Source of the DNA: Nitrospirota bacterium
Lineage (GTDB): Bacteria > Nitrospirota > Thermodesulfovibrionia > SZUA-242
Direction: 5' to 3'
Assembly: GCA_016212095.1 (NCBI GenBank)
Contig: JACRHH010000027.1
Location: 23,880-87,879, forward strand
Length of the DNA stretch: 64,000 nt
The translations under genes were made by a program, and so were the position numbers. The notes beneath the pieces were generated by a model, which was given only the letters and a program-made list of their open reading frames with translations, did not search any database and was not told the origin of the DNA. Below are positions 37,934-48,701 of the stretch, piece after piece; position 1 is the stretch's first letter, and the number at the start of each line of letters is the position of its first letter.

Positions 37934-39055
37934 ATGAGTTCAACATCTCGATTTAATCTCGTTACAACAGTTTCATCGTTGCTGATCGGTTCGCTTCTTG
38001 CTTTGGCCGGTGGCTGGCCGGCATTGCTGGCCGCGCTGACATGCGGAGCAATTTCCTGTGGCGCATGGCATTTTCAGATGAAAATGATCGGGCGTTTGGC
38101 GGGTGTTCCCGGAGATGAAAAGGATCCCGTCAACTGGCTTGTCACCGAATGCAACAGTCTTACCGCCTGCAATCAGGAAGTCACGTCGAGGATGACCGAG
38201 CACAGGGTTGCCGTTTCCAACAATGAGCATGAAGTGATGACGATTTTCGACAACATGACGATACATCATGAGATGGCGATGGAGCAGATGGGTGAGACTG
38301 TTCAATCCATCTCCGAGATGGAGCGATCGATAAGGGAAATAGCCAGAAACAGCGAGGAAGCGGCGCAGGTTGCCAACGATACGAGGGATGTGGCAAATGC
38401 CGAGGTTGACAAGGTGCTTGCCCCTGTAAGAAGGATGCAGCAGATAGTCTCCGTCGTCGAGGAGGCAGAAACCGGCATGAGCAGGCTCAAGGAGTCATCC
38501 GACAAGATCGGCGTTGTGATAAACGTCATCGACGAGATTGCGGATCAAACAAACATGCTGGCGCTCAACGCCGCCATCGAGGCTGCAAGGGCAGGAGAGC
38601 AGGGCAGGGGCTTTGCGGTCGTGGCCGATGAGGTGAGGAAACTGGCGGAAAAAACCACGCGGGCTACACGCGAGATCAATTCCACCATAAACGAGATCAG
38701 GGAACTCACAGGATCGGTCATGACCGTAATGCGCGAAGGAATGCAGGGAATCGGATCCGGCGTTGAAATCGTTACTGCAACCGGCGAATCGCTGGCCGAT
38801 ATTGTCAACATGATGGACAAGGGCGTCTCCATGATAGAGGCGATAGCCGCGGCAGCCGAGCAGCAGGCTGCGTTGACGAGCCGTCTGGACGTGTCGGTGA
38901 AAGACATGATCAAGGCTGCAAGGAATGCCGCCGTGGATGTCGAAAACGGCGCCCAGGCAATGACGGATCTCATGAAAACACTATCATCCGACATGCCGCT
39001 GTGCGCCTCGGCGGAGGGGCTTTTGGCGGACGTTGCCGCAGTGAGGGCGGTATGA
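37934..39055 (+). CDS. Methyl-accepting chemotaxis protein (two N-terminal TM helices, no periplasmic sensor domain)
   Basis: Highly conserved MCP hairpin [39 protein letters not shown]. Confidence 0.9.
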   Translation: MSSTSRFNLVTTVSSLLIGSLLALAGGWPALLAALTCGAISCGAWHFQMKMIGRLAGVPGDEKDPVNWLVTECNSLTACNQEVTSRMTEHRVAVSNNEHEVMTIFDNMTIHHEMAMEQMGETVQSISEMERSIREIARNSEEAAQVANDTRDVANAEVDKVLAPVRRMQQIVSVVEEAETGMSRLKESSDKIGVVINVIDEIADQTNMLALNAAIEAARAGEQGRGFAVVADEVRKLAEKTTRATREINSTINEIRELTGSVMTVMREGMQGIGSGVEIVTATGESLADIVNMMDKGVSMIEAIAAAAEQQAALTSRLDVSVKDMIKAARNAAVDVENGAQAMTDLMKTLSSDMPLCASAEGLLADVAAVRAV

Positions 39056-39061
39056 AAGCGT

Positions 39062-39742
39062 TTAAAAATCCGCAGGCGTCAGCGATTCGATTCGTTTCGC
39101 GGTCGCGCGGCTGATGTCAACAAGTTGAATCAGGTCTGATTGCGAAAACGCCGCCCCGGAATCTTCAAGCGACGTTCCTTTTCTGCTGATCTGTGAAACA
39201 CCGATAACCTTGCCGGTTGGCGTGACAATCGGCGCGGTCATCATCTTCTGGATAAGGCTTGCCGGGCGGTCGCTCAGCCGTATCTGCTCATAAAAGCTGA
39301 GATGGCGCACTTTTGTTGCGTCGTTATCGACCCTGCCCAGTTTTGCCCTGAAAACCTGCGCGGCAATGCTCTGGCTTCCAACCGGAAATACGTTCATTTT
39401 GCCGACATACAGCTTGATCGGATACCCGAACCGGAACATCTGGCCGTTGTCGGCAAGCAGAAGTATCGCCACTTCGTCGGCATTGACAGCAAAAGCCTCC
39501 GCAAGCAGCCCGCCAAGTCTTTCCATGAAAAAGCGGAAAATTTCCTCGCGAGGCCTGCCTTCCGCAGCAAGCCTGTCCACCTCCATGTCCAGTTCCGGAA
39601 TCATTCTTTCGGTTATCCTTCTTATCGTCTGACGCTGATCGTTGAATGCGCCGGACGGATTCATCTCGTCGGCAATGGTTCTGCGATCCTCGCCTGAGCG
39701 CCGCTCAGGTATGTTTTTGTCGAGTGGTGGCATCATGGTCAT
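39062..39742 (-). CDS. GAF-like domain protein (hypothetical)
   Basis: 226 aa. The C-terminal 150 aa show a GAF-like pattern (...VAILLLADNGQMFRFGYP...MTAPIVTPTGKVIGVSQISRK). No other motif recognised. Confidence 0.5.
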   Translation of the reverse strand: MTMMPPLDKNIPERRSGEDRRTIADEMNPSGAFNDQRQTIRRITERMIPELDMEVDRLAAEGRPREEIFRFFMERLGGLLAEAFAVNADEVAILLLADNGQMFRFGYPIKLYVGKMNVFPVGSQSIAAQVFRAKLGRVDNDATKVRHLSFYEQIRLSDRPASLIQKMMTAPIVTPTGKVIGVSQISRKGTSLEDSGAAFSQSDLIQLVDISRATAKRIESLTPADF

Positions 39743-39881
39743 CCGGCTAACCTCTGTATATATTTGCTGTTCATTCCGAGATGTAATCGGTAAAGTTTAT
39801 GATAAAATACCCGAATAATACATATCATCAAGTGCATTGATGCACCATTATATCAAAACAGGCAGTTCCAGCGGATAGAAT

Positions 39882-40556
39882 ATGACGGAAACCGGGTTTG
39901 CAAAAAAAGAGAGAAGACGTCTGGGTGAAATCCTGCTGGAGGCCGGACTCATCAACGAGCTGCAACTTGCGCGCGCCCTTGGGCAGCACAAGCAATGGGG
40001 CGGCAAGCTTGGCAATTCGCTCATCAAGATGGGCTTCATAAGCGAGGAGGATCTGGCTGCCGTTCTTGAATCGCAATTGGGCATCAAATGGATATCGTTG
40101 CGCGACATAGTAATTTCCGAGGGCGCCATCGGATCGATGAAAGCTGAAGTCGCCAAAAAATATCACATCATGCCGGTGCTGGTGGCGCGGAAGAATATCA
40201 CAGTCGCCACAAACGATCCCACCGATCTGGTCACGCTCGACACGGTGGAATTCATACTCGGCAAGCGCATCAAGCCGGTTATCGCCATCAAGTCCGAAAT
40301 CGAATGGGCGATAGCCAAATACTACGACGGCGTAGAAACAGATGAGCCGCAGACGCACAATCACAATGCCACGCGGTTCCCCCGGCAGTCCATCCCCCTT
40401 TCCATCGACGAACACGTTGCGCCGACCGCTGTCAAACGCACAGTCAGGAATGAGGATGTAATTATGGCGCTTGTCAGCATCCTTATCGACAAGGGGCTGC
40501 TTGACGAAAACGAGCTCATGCGCCGGGCCGAGACGCTCAAGGGCAGGAATCAGTAG
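39882..40556 (+). CDS. Stand-alone T2SSE_N/MshEN-type domain protein (putative c-di-GMP receptor)
   Basis: RRLGEILLEAGLINELQLARALGQH-KQWGG-KLGNSLIKMGFISEEDLAAVLESQ matches the bipartite MshEN motif RLGxx(L/I)(L/I)xxG(L/I)(L/I)xxxxLxxxLxxQ. No ATPase domain. Confidence 0.7.
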   Translation: MTETGFAKKERRRLGEILLEAGLINELQLARALGQHKQWGGKLGNSLIKMGFISEEDLAAVLESQLGIKWISLRDIVISEGAIGSMKAEVAKKYHIMPVLVARKNITVATNDPTDLVTLDTVEFILGKRIKPVIAIKSEIEWAIAKYYDGVETDEPQTHNHNATRFPRQSIPLSIDEHVAPTAVKRTVRNEDVIMALVSILIDKGLLDENELMRRAETLKGRNQ

Positions 40557-40941
40557 CGCCTACATAGTCGCTATCATATACGTTCATCCCCGATATGTAT
40601 TTATATTCTTCATAATCCTCAATTGTCTTTTCCCTGAATTTCCGGTATGAAACGTTGTCGTTGATTGCCAGAACCACCCTGTGTTTCATAACCTGATGCC
40701 GCAGAAACGCCGACGCCTTGTTAAGGACAACAATGTCCACATCCCTGCCGGTCATATTGGATAGCCTGTTGATCAGGTCGAGAAGTTCCAGCCCTTCGGG
40801 CGGACTTCTGAAGTAAACGGCAACGTCAAGATCGCTGTCCTTGCGCATCGAGCCTTTTGCCGCCGAGCCGAAAAGCAGGGCAAAGACCACATTCCGGTCG
40901 TCTGTCATTTCCTCGGCGATGGTGTTGATCCCCGGCTCCAT
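40537..40941 (-). CDS. MNT-type nucleotidyltransferase domain protein (orphan MntA-like)
   Basis: ALLFGSAAKGSMRKDSDLDVAVYF (GSxxxG...DxD). No HEPN partner is adjacent. The 3' end overlaps the convergent gene by 20 bp. Confidence 0.7.
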   Translation of the reverse strand: MEPGINTIAEEMTDDRNVVFALLFGSAAKGSMRKDSDLDVAVYFRSPPEGLELLDLINRLSNMTGRDVDIVVLNKASAFLRHQVMKHRVVLAINDNVSYRKFREKTIEDYEEYKYISGMNVYDSDYVGATDSCP

Positions 40942-40999
40942 GTCCGTATTGTAGCATGGGGCGGTTTGAAGGATAACGGTCGATAAGTTAATATAGCCG

Positions 41000-43900
41000 A
41001 TGCATTCCGGGTTCGTTCCCCTTCACGTACATTCGCAGTATAGCCTGCTGGACGGCGCAATTCGACTGGATGAGCTTCTCGAAGCGGCGTCCGCGTTCAA
41101 CATGCCAGCCGTCGCGGTCACCGATCACGGCAACCTGTTCGGCGCTGTGGATTTCTTCAAGAAGGCGCGCAAGGCCGGAATAAAGCCGATCATCGGCTGC
41201 GAGGTTTACATATCCTCCACCACCCGGTTCGACAAGTCATCAAAAGACCAGAAAGACGCATCCTGGCATCTTGTTCTTCTGGTGCGCGACAGCGACGGCT
41301 ACAAGAACCTCGTTCGCCTCGTGTCGGCGGCATATCTTGAGGGTTTTTACTATCGTCCGCGCATAGACAAGGATCTGCTCACCCAGTACAGCGGCGGGCT
41401 GATCGGCCTTTCGGCCTGCCTGAAGGGCGAGGTTCCGAACCTTCTGCTTCAGGGCAGAATAGACGAGGCCCGGCAGTCGGCGCTCGATTACAAGCATATC
41501 TTCGGCCCGGAGAATTTCTACTTCGAGATCCAGGACAACGGGCTTGAGGAGCAGGACAGGGTTAATAAAATGCTTCTTGATCTGTCCGAGGAGCTTCACA
41601 TCCCGGTTGTGGCAACCAACGACTGCCACTACCTGAGGCGCGACGACGCCCGCGCCCACGACGCGCTGGTCTGCATACAGACCGGCAAGACGGTGAAGGA
41701 AACAGGGCGCTTGCGGTTTTCGTCGGAGGAGTTCTACCTGAAATCACCGCAGGAGATGGCCGAGGCGTTCAAGGATATTCCAGACGCCATTCGAAACACG
41801 AAGGTCATTGCCGAGCGCTGCAATTTCGATTTCGAATTCGGCAAGCACCATCTGCCGAAATACAGCGTGCCGGAAGGGTTTACGCTCGCGTCTTATCTCC
41901 GGAAGCTCGCGGAAGAGGGTCTTGTTGACCGTTTTGCCGGAGGAACTGAGCCGGATGAGTACAGGGCGAGGCTTGAAATGGAGCTTGGCGTCATCGAGCG
42001 CATGGGATTTCCGGGCTATTTCCTTATAGTCTGGGATTTCATACACGAGGCCCGCAAGATGGGCGTGCCTGTCGGCCCCGGACGAGGCTCCGCCGCCGGA
42101 AGCCTGGTTGCCTGGTCGCTCGGAATCACAGAGATCGATCCCATCAAGTACACCCTTCTTTTCGAGCGTTTCCTTAATCCGGAGCGCGTGTCGATGCCGG
42201 ATATAGACGTGGATTTCTGCATGGACAGGCGCGGGCTGGTTATCGACTACGTCACGCGCAAATACGGGCAGGATCACGTTGCCCAGATCATCACGTTCGG
42301 CACGATGGCCGCGCGCGCCGTGCTTCGCGACGTGGGGCGAGTGCTCGATGTTCCATACGCCGAGGTTGACAGGGTCGCCAAGCTGGTTCCAAACGTCCTG
42401 AACATCAAGCTCAAGGATGCGCTCGAAATGGAACCGAAGCTCAAGGAACTGTACGAGGAAAACGAGACGATCCGCGAACTGATCCAGATCGCGCTCAAGC
42501 TCGAAGGGCTGAACCGTCATGCCTCCACGCATGCGGCTGGCGTCGTCATATCGCCGGAGCCGCTCACTGAATACCTGCCGCTCTACAAGGCTCCGGACGA
42601 AACCGGAGTGGTCACGCAGTTCGACATGACCTGCGTGGAGGCGCTTGGGCTTCTGAAATTCGACTTTCTGGGACTGAAAACGCTCACGGTTATCGACAAG
42701 GCCGAGAACATGATAACCGCCGGGCCTCACGACAAGACAGCTCCGGGCTTCGTTGACGGCGCGTTTTCCGTCCGGAACATTCCGCTCGACGACAGGCGCA
42801 CGTACGAGCTTCTTTCGGCTGGCCAGACAACCGGCGTGTTTCAGCTTGAAAGCTCCGGAATGCGCGACATCCTGGTGAGGCTTCAGCCTGAGGTTTTTGA
42901 AGACGCAATCGCGCTGGTTGCGCTATACCGGCCTGGCCCGCTCCAGAGCGGCATGGTTGAGGATTTCATCAAGCGCAAGCGCGGCGAGAAAAGGGTCGAG
43001 TACGAAGTCCCGGAACTGGAAGAGATCCTGAAGAACACATACGGCGTGATTCTCTATCAGGAACAGGTGATGCACATCGCAAACAAGCTCGCGCGGTTTA
43101 CGATGGGGCAGGCCGATGTTCTGCGGAAGGCGATGGGCAAGAAGAAACATGAGCTTGTGGCCGAGCAGAAGGAGCTTTTCCTTAAGGGCTGCAAGGAAAA
43201 CCACGTTCCGCTAAAAAAAGCCGAGCGCATATTCGAGCTTATAGCGTTCTTTGCCGGTTACGGTTTCAACAAGTCGCATTCGGCGGCATACGCGCTAATC
43301 GCCTATCAGACGGCTTTTTTGAAAGCCCACTACCCGGTCGAGTTCATGGCGTCGCTTCTGAGCTGCGACATGGACAACACCGACAAGGTTGTGAAATACA
43401 TCAACGAATGCCGCGACATGGAAATCTCGATTCTTCCGCCCGACATAAACAGAAGCGGACGCGAGTTTTCTGTGGTTGATGGCGCAATCCGGTTCGGGCT
43501 GGAGGCGGTGAAGGGCGTGGGCGGAGGCGCGATCGAGGCGATAATCGATGCGCGGACGCGGCAGGGCCGATTTGAAAGCTTTATCGATTTCTGCGTGAAG
43601 GTTGAGCTTCGCAAGGTTAACCGCAAGGTGCTGGAATGCCTGATAAAGGCCGGCGCGTTCGATTCGCTTGGCTACCATCGCGCCCAGCTCATGGCGATGA
43701 TAGACGGATGCCTTGAAGACGCCTCACGCACCCAGAAGAACAGGATGAACGGCTACGCGAGCTTTTTCGATAACGAACCGCTTGTCGAGTCAAAGCCGGT
43801 TGTGCCGGAATGGGACGACAAGCTGCTGCTGCGGCAGGAGAAGGAGACGATCGGTTTTTATATAACCGGCCATCCGCTAAGGAAATACGCCGACGAACTT

Positions 43901-44440
43901 GGCCGTTTTGCCTCGGCAACCACATCGGGACTGGCCGAGATGGACGACAAGGCCGATGTTTCCGTTGGCGGAATAGTGGCGTCGGTCAAGCCGATTGTCA
44001 CCAAAAAGGGCGACAAGATGGCCGCGTTCGTGCTGGAAGACCTGACCGGCAGCACCGAGGTTATTGTTTTTCCGGGTATCTATGCTGAAACTTCGGCATT
44101 GATAGGCTCGGATGCGCCGATTCTGGTGACCGGCCACCTCGACAAGTCTGAAACCGGCCACAAAATAGTTGCGCGAAGCGTGACTCCTCTTGGCAACGCG
44201 AAAGCGTCGAGGGTTGAAATCCGGCTCAATGCCTCTGTATTATCCCAGTCCGATCTCGAACGGCTGAAGGATGTTGTAGGCAAACATGCCGGATCGTGTC
44301 CGCTGTCGATCCGTCTTACCTCGCCGGGCATCTGGGAAACGGTTGTCACAGCCGCCTCAGGCGTGAAACCGACCATGGATATGGTAAAGGATGTGGAAGG
44401 GATTTTGGGGCGCAACACGGTTATATTGAGCAATGGCTAA
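41000..44440 (+). CDS. dnaE: DNA polymerase III subunit alpha
   Basis: PHP domain [16 protein letters not shown]..., palm/fingers ([17 protein letters not shown]), OB fold. 1146 aa. Confidence 0.97.
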   Translation: MHSGFVPLHVHSQYSLLDGAIRLDELLEAASAFNMPAVAVTDHGNLFGAVDFFKKARKAGIKPIIGCEVYISSTTRFDKSSKDQKDASWHLVLLVRDSDGYKNLVRLVSAAYLEGFYYRPRIDKDLLTQYSGGLIGLSACLKGEVPNLLLQGRIDEARQSALDYKHIFGPENFYFEIQDNGLEEQDRVNKMLLDLSEELHIPVVATNDCHYLRRDDARAHDALVCIQTGKTVKETGRLRFSSEEFYLKSPQEMAEAFKDIPDAIRNTKVIAERCNFDFEFGKHHLPKYSVPEGFTLASYLRKLAEEGLVDRFAGGTEPDEYRARLEMELGVIERMGFPGYFLIVWDFIHEARKMGVPVGPGRGSAAGSLVAWSLGITEIDPIKYTLLFERFLNPERVSMPDIDVDFCMDRRGLVIDYVTRKYGQDHVAQIITFGTMAARAVLRDVGRVLDVPYAEVDRVAKLVPNVLNIKLKDALEMEPKLKELYEENETIRELIQIALKLEGLNRHASTHAAGVVISPEPLTEYLPLYKAPDETGVVTQFDMTCVEALGLLKFDFLGLKTLTVIDKAENMITAGPHDKTAPGFVDGAFSVRNIPLDDRRTYELLSAGQTTGVFQLESSGMRDILVRLQPEVFEDAIALVALYRPGPLQSGMVEDFIKRKRGEKRVEYEVPELEEILKNTYGVILYQEQVMHIANKLARFTMGQADVLRKAMGKKKHELVAEQKELFLKGCKENHVPLKKAERIFELIAFFAGYGFNKSHSAAYALIAYQTAFLKAHYPVEFMASLLSCDMDNTDKVVKYINECRDMEISILPPDINRSGREFSVVDGAIRFGLEAVKGVGGGAIEAIIDARTRQGRFESFIDFCVKVELRKVNRKVLECLIKAGAFDSLGYHRAQLMAMIDGCLEDASRTQKNRMNGYASFFDNEPLVESKPVVPEWDDKLLLRQEKETIGFYITGHPLRKYADELGRFASATTSGLAEMDDKADVSVGGIVASVKPIVTKKGDKMAAFVLEDLTGSTEVIVFPGIYAETSALIGSDAPILVTGHLDKSETGHKIVARSVTPLGNAKASRVEIRLNASVLSQSDLERLKDVVGKHAGSCPLSIRLTSPGIWETVVTAASGVKPTMDMVKDVEGILGRNTVILSNG

Positions 44441-45401
44441 TTATCTTGAATTTGAAAAACCGATTGCCGATCTTGAACGGCAGATAGCCGAACTGCGGCG
44501 TTTCTCGCACGGCCAGGGAGTTGACCTCACAAAGGAAGTCGCGAGGCTGGAAAAGAAGCTGCACGAGGTGCGCAAGTCTGTTTACGAGAAGCTGACGCCG
44601 TGGCAGAAGACGCTTGCGGCACGCCATCCGGATCGTCCTTACACTCTCGATTACATCAAGCAGATGATGACCGGATTCCACGAGCTGCACGGCGACCGGC
44701 GGTTTGGCGACGACGCGGCTATTGTGTCGGGATTCGCGCGTATCGACGATATGCCGGTTGCCGTGATCGGCCATCAGAAGGGGCGCGACACGAAGGACAG
44801 AATCGCTCGCAACTTCGGTCAGGCGCACCCGGAAGGCTATCGCAAGGCGCTTCGGATAATGAAACTTGCCGAAAAATTCGGACGTCCGGTGATCACTTTC
44901 ATCGACACGCCAGGCGCGTATCCCGGAATCGGCGCCGAGGAGCGGGGGCAGGCCGAGGCTATCGCGTACAACCTGCATCAGATGGCGATGCTCCGCACTC
45001 CGGTTGTGATACTGGTGATCGGTGAGGGCGGAAGCGGCGGCGCGCTTGCCCTTGGCGTGGGCGACAGAGTGTACATGCTGGAGCATTCGGTATATTCGGT
45101 GATATCTCCGGAAGGATGCGCCGCGATACTCTGGAAAAAGGACAAAAGCGGACTTTCCCTGGATGATTTTTCGAAGGCAGCGGATGTCCTGAAGCTGACG
45201 CCCGGCGATCTCAAGCGGTTTGGGGTTATCGACGAGGTTATCAAGGAGCCGCCGGGCGGAATGCATACTGCCGGGAAGGCCATGTTCGACTCGGTCAAAA
45301 GCGTTATCAAGACCGCGCTTGATGAACTTGCCGCTCTGCCCGCCGACGAGCTGGTCGCAAAGAGGTATTCCCGAATCAGGGTGCTGGGTTCGATCGGCTG
45401 A
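44433..45401 (+). CDS. accA: Acetyl-CoA carboxylase carboxyltransferase subunit alpha
   Basis: [11 protein letters not shown]...[25 protein letters not shown]...[10 protein letters not shown]. Confidence 0.95.
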   Translation: MANYLEFEKPIADLERQIAELRRFSHGQGVDLTKEVARLEKKLHEVRKSVYEKLTPWQKTLAARHPDRPYTLDYIKQMMTGFHELHGDRRFGDDAAIVSGFARIDDMPVAVIGHQKGRDTKDRIARNFGQAHPEGYRKALRIMKLAEKFGRPVITFIDTPGAYPGIGAEERGQAEAIAYNLHQMAMLRTPVVILVIGEGGSGGALALGVGDRVYMLEHSVYSVISPEGCAAILWKKDKSGLSLDDFSKAADVLKLTPGDLKRFGVIDEVIKEPPGGMHTAGKAMFDSVKSVIKTALDELAALPADELVAKRYSRIRVLGSIG

Positions 45402-45618
45402 ATGCCAGTTGTATTTGCCGAAATCCGTCAATGTTTATGAAAAACTTCTTCTCAGTTGCTCTAATTTCCCGATTTCATTGGGAATATCGATAAATAGTGC
45501 TTGACATTTCAGCGCCGTGCCTGTAATTTAACCCGTACCTTTGCCCTTTGGAGCCTGTCCGGTCTGGTTTAGCCGCCGGATAGTCTGCCAGTAAATATCC
45601 ATTTCGAGAGGTTTTTAA

Positions 45619-46761
45619 GTGCAGAAAAGAGGCGGCAAGGAAGGTTACGACGCGCAAGGCAAGAACAAGGTGGCCGTGCCGCCGCTTTCCGATGAATTCC
45701 CCGGTCTTGAATCCATGACAATCAGGATGGTCTACTATCAAAAGGGAGACAATCCGGTGCTGATGACGCGCACGCTTCATGTGTATCCGGAGAGCGATCC
45801 GGCGTTTCTGTTCACCCCATGCCTGATTCATGATTGCGAGGGGGGGAGTTTCGAGCTTGCGCCGATTGTGTACGAGCTTCTGAGGAATGGCGGAAGTTCC
45901 GTCTCCGGGCAGTTGTCATGTGTCGGGAGCACAAACAAGGATATTCCGCCGGATCATGCAAGCATGGATTATGCCGTTGAAGTTGTGTACAAATCCATGA
46001 CAAAACCGGAGCCGCCGGTTGAAACGAAACCGGCTTTGAGAAAAAAGATTGCTTCCGGCAAAGAGGTTATCCCGGTTGCCGAACCGGCAAGGAAAGCTGT
46101 TGTTCAGGAACCTGTAACGGTAATCAAGCCGGTGGAGCCGGTTAAGAAAATCGTGGCGAAAGCGCCTAAAAAGCCGGTTGAGCATGTAAAGCCGGTTGAG
46201 GATGCAAAGTCAATTGCGCCGGCAAAGCCTGCTGTTGCATCCCCTAAAAAGGCTCTTGCCGTTTCGGCTCCAGCGGCAAAAGCTTCAGCACCGCAGGTGA
46301 AACCAGCACCGCCGCTGCCTAAAAAGGTTGCGAAGGCTGTATCCGTACCTGTTGAGGTGGCTGCTCCATCCGTGAAAAAAATCAAGCCGTCTGTGGAGCC
46401 GGTTTCAAACAAAGGGACGAAGACGGCTCAGGCCAGTAAACCGGCCAATAAACCGGCCAATAATGCTGCGCCTGCCGTTTCGAAGCCTGCCGCCACCAAA
46501 CCTGTCGCCGCTAAATCTGCCTCCGGCAAACCTGATGTCAGGAAAACATTGATCCAGCCGACAAAGGCGGGCAAAAACAGTCCTGTTGCGATTCAACAAG
46601 CTCCGGCGAAGCAAACTCCGTCAACAACATCGAAACCCAGACCTGTTGCCGGTGTTAAGGCTGTTCCGGTGGCTGCAAAGCCAGTAGCGGCAAAAAAAGC
46701 TCCGGTAGTTGCCACAAAGGCGGTCTTGGGGAAACCTGCCGGAAAAAACAAAAAAAAGTAA
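45619..46761 (+). CDS. Hypothetical protein: about 130-aa N-terminal domain plus about 250-aa Lys/Ala/Pro-rich (histone-H1/AlgP-like) tail
   Basis: The tail is made of KPV/KPA/AKK repeats (...KPVEPVKKIVAKAPKKPVEHVKPVE...AAKPVAAKKAPVVATKA...KNKKK). GTG 45619 is uncertain; ATG 45715 is the alternative. Confidence 0.6.
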   Translation: MQKRGGKEGYDAQGKNKVAVPPLSDEFPGLESMTIRMVYYQKGDNPVLMTRTLHVYPESDPAFLFTPCLIHDCEGGSFELAPIVYELLRNGGSSVSGQLSCVGSTNKDIPPDHASMDYAVEVVYKSMTKPEPPVETKPALRKKIASGKEVIPVAEPARKAVVQEPVTVIKPVEPVKKIVAKAPKKPVEHVKPVEDAKSIAPAKPAVASPKKALAVSAPAAKASAPQVKPAPPLPKKVAKAVSVPVEVAAPSVKKIKPSVEPVSNKGTKTAQASKPANKPANNAAPAVSKPAATKPVAAKSASGKPDVRKTLIQPTKAGKNSPVAIQQAPAKQTPSTTSKPRPVAGVKAVPVAAKPVAAKKAPVVATKAVLGKPAGKNKKK

Positions 46762-46836
46762 TCGATATTGCGTTGTTCGGGCCATGGCCCGTTCTGCCAT
46801 GATTCAAGCATATTACAATGGAGGCGGTATAAGTTA

Positions 46837-48153
46837 ATGAGTTCACAGAGTGTTGCATTGCAGGATTACAAGGTTGCTGACATCGGCCTTGCGGAATGGG
46901 GAAGAAAAGAGTTGACGATTGCCGAGACCGAGATGCCGGGCCTCATGGCCCTGCGCGAGGAGTACGGCAAGTCGAAGCCGCTGAGCGGCGCGCGCATTGC
47001 CGGTTGTCTGCATATGACAATCCAGACCGCGGCGCTCATAGAAACGCTTGTTGAGCTTGGCGCCGAGGTTCGCTGGTCTTCGTGCAATATATTTTCCACA
47101 CAGGATCATGCGGCGTCGGCTATCGCGGCTGCCGGAATTCCGGTGTTCGCATGGAAGGGCGAGACACTTGAGGAATATGACTGGTGCATCGAGCAGACCC
47201 TGTTCTGGCCAGACGGCAAGCCCCTGAACATGATACTGGACGACGGCGGAGACCTCACGCAGATCATCCACGACAAATATCCGCATCTTCTCAAAGACAT
47301 ACGCGGCATTTCGGAGGAGACAACTACCGGCGTTCACCGCCTCTATGAAATGATGCAGAAGGGAACCCTCGGCTGCCCGGCGTTCAATGTGAACGATTCG
47401 GTAACCAAGTCGAAATTCGACAACCTTTACGGCTGCCGCGAGTCTCTGCTTGACGGCATCAAGCGCGCAACCGACGTGATGATTGCCGGCAAGATCGCCG
47501 TCGTCGCGGCATACGGGGATGTGGGCAAGGGATGCTGCCAGTCGCTTCGCGGGCAGGGCGCTCGCGTGCTTGTCACCGAGATCGACCCCATATGCGCGCT
47601 TCAGGCCGCGATGGAGGGCTACGAGGTTGTCACGATGGAGGACGCCGCGCCCATCGCCGATCTGTTCATCACCGCCAGCGGCTGCCGGGACGTCATTCGC
47701 CGCGAGCATATGGATGTGATGAAGCATCAGGCGATTATCTGCAACATCGGCCATTTCTACATTGAGATCGACGTTGCCTCGGTCTTCGACGATCCGAATC
47801 TCCGCAAGGTGAACATCAAGCCTCAGGTCGATCAGGTTATCTGGCCGGATGGCAGGACGATCACCATTCTTGCCGAAGGACGGCTTGTGAATCTTGGCTG
47901 CGCAACCGGACATCCGTCGTTCGTCATGTCCAACAGCTTCACCAATCAGGTGATGGCGCAGATGGAGCTTTGGAACAACTCAGACAAATACGAGAATAAG
48001 GTCTATGTGTTGCCGAAGCTGCTTGACGAAAAGGTTGCCCGGCTGCACCTGAAGAAACTGGGAGTGAGGCTAACAACGCTTACCGACGCGCAGGCCGAAT
48101 ACCTCGGCATTGCCAAATCAGGCCCGTACAAGCCGGAGTATTACCGGTATTAA
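46837..48153 (+). CDS. ahcY: Adenosylhomocysteinase
   Basis: [25 protein letters not shown]...GYGDVGKG...NIGHF..EID. GGAGG upstream of ATG 46837. Confidence 0.95.
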   Translation: MSSQSVALQDYKVADIGLAEWGRKELTIAETEMPGLMALREEYGKSKPLSGARIAGCLHMTIQTAALIETLVELGAEVRWSSCNIFSTQDHAASAIAAAGIPVFAWKGETLEEYDWCIEQTLFWPDGKPLNMILDDGGDLTQIIHDKYPHLLKDIRGISEETTTGVHRLYEMMQKGTLGCPAFNVNDSVTKSKFDNLYGCRESLLDGIKRATDVMIAGKIAVVAAYGDVGKGCCQSLRGQGARVLVTEIDPICALQAAMEGYEVVTMEDAAPIADLFITASGCRDVIRREHMDVMKHQAIICNIGHFYIEIDVASVFDDPNLRKVNIKPQVDQVIWPDGRTITILAEGRLVNLGCATGHPSFVMSNSFTNQVMAQMELWNNSDKYENKVYVLPKLLDEKVARLHLKKLGVRLTTLTDAQAEYLGIAKSGPYKPEYYRY

Positions 48154-48166
48154 CAGATAACACAGG

Positions 48167-48200
48167 CAACAGCCCGCGCGGTCTGCGGGCTGTTGCATTT
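48167..48200 (+). terminator. Stem-loop terminator after ahcY
   Basis: 11-bp stem caacagcccgc / gcgggctgttg with a 7-nt loop, followed by cattt (weak U-tract). Confidence 0.6.
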
Positions 48201-48294
48201 GCAAAACACAGCCTGTTTGTGATATAAAACACGGCTTCTCCTTGCCTGTTCTCCCGGAATGGGCTTAATATCCAGAAGGAGGTTACCGCCAAGC

Positions 48295-48696
48295 ATGGCG
48301 AACCACTACGAATCCCTCATTATTCTCAAGGCAAACCTCAACGACGAAGAAATCAAGGCTTCGATCGACAAACTGAAGACCGTTATCGCAAATAACGGCG
48401 GCAATATCATCAAGGAAGAGAACTGGGGAACCAAGGAACTTTCCTATGTGATCAAAAAACAGATCAGGGGACGTTACTTTCTGCTCGTTTTCACGGCTGA
48501 ACCTTCCGTTGTGGGCAATTATGAATCCACCTGCAACGTGATGGAAAACATGCTCAAATACGTTGTCATCCGGCTCGACAAGGCACGGATTGACGCTTAC
48601 GAGAAGAAGGCGGCGCAGGCTGCGGAGGCTGCCAAGCCCAAGGCTGAAGCGGCGGCGGAAGAAGCCGCCGGGGAAGCCGCTGTCGAGCAGGCCTGA
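48295..48696 (+). CDS. rpsF: 30S ribosomal protein S6 (with Ala/Glu-rich C-terminal tail)
   Basis: [19 protein letters not shown]...[15 protein letters not shown]...GRYFLL. AGGAGG upstream. Confidence 0.95.
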   Translation: MANHYESLIILKANLNDEEIKASIDKLKTVIANNGGNIIKEENWGTKELSYVIKKQIRGRYFLLVFTAEPSVVGNYESTCNVMENMLKYVVIRLDKARIDAYEKKAAQAAEAAKPKAEAAAEEAAGEAAVEQA

Positions 48697-48701
48697 CGGT
48701 T

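Noticed and set aside
41744-47913. Long minus-strand ORFs opposite dnaE (41744-42730), accA (44421-45431) and ahcY (46843-47913)
   Set aside because: The plus-strand products are unmistakable housekeeping proteins. The antisense ORFs lack motifs and RBS context.
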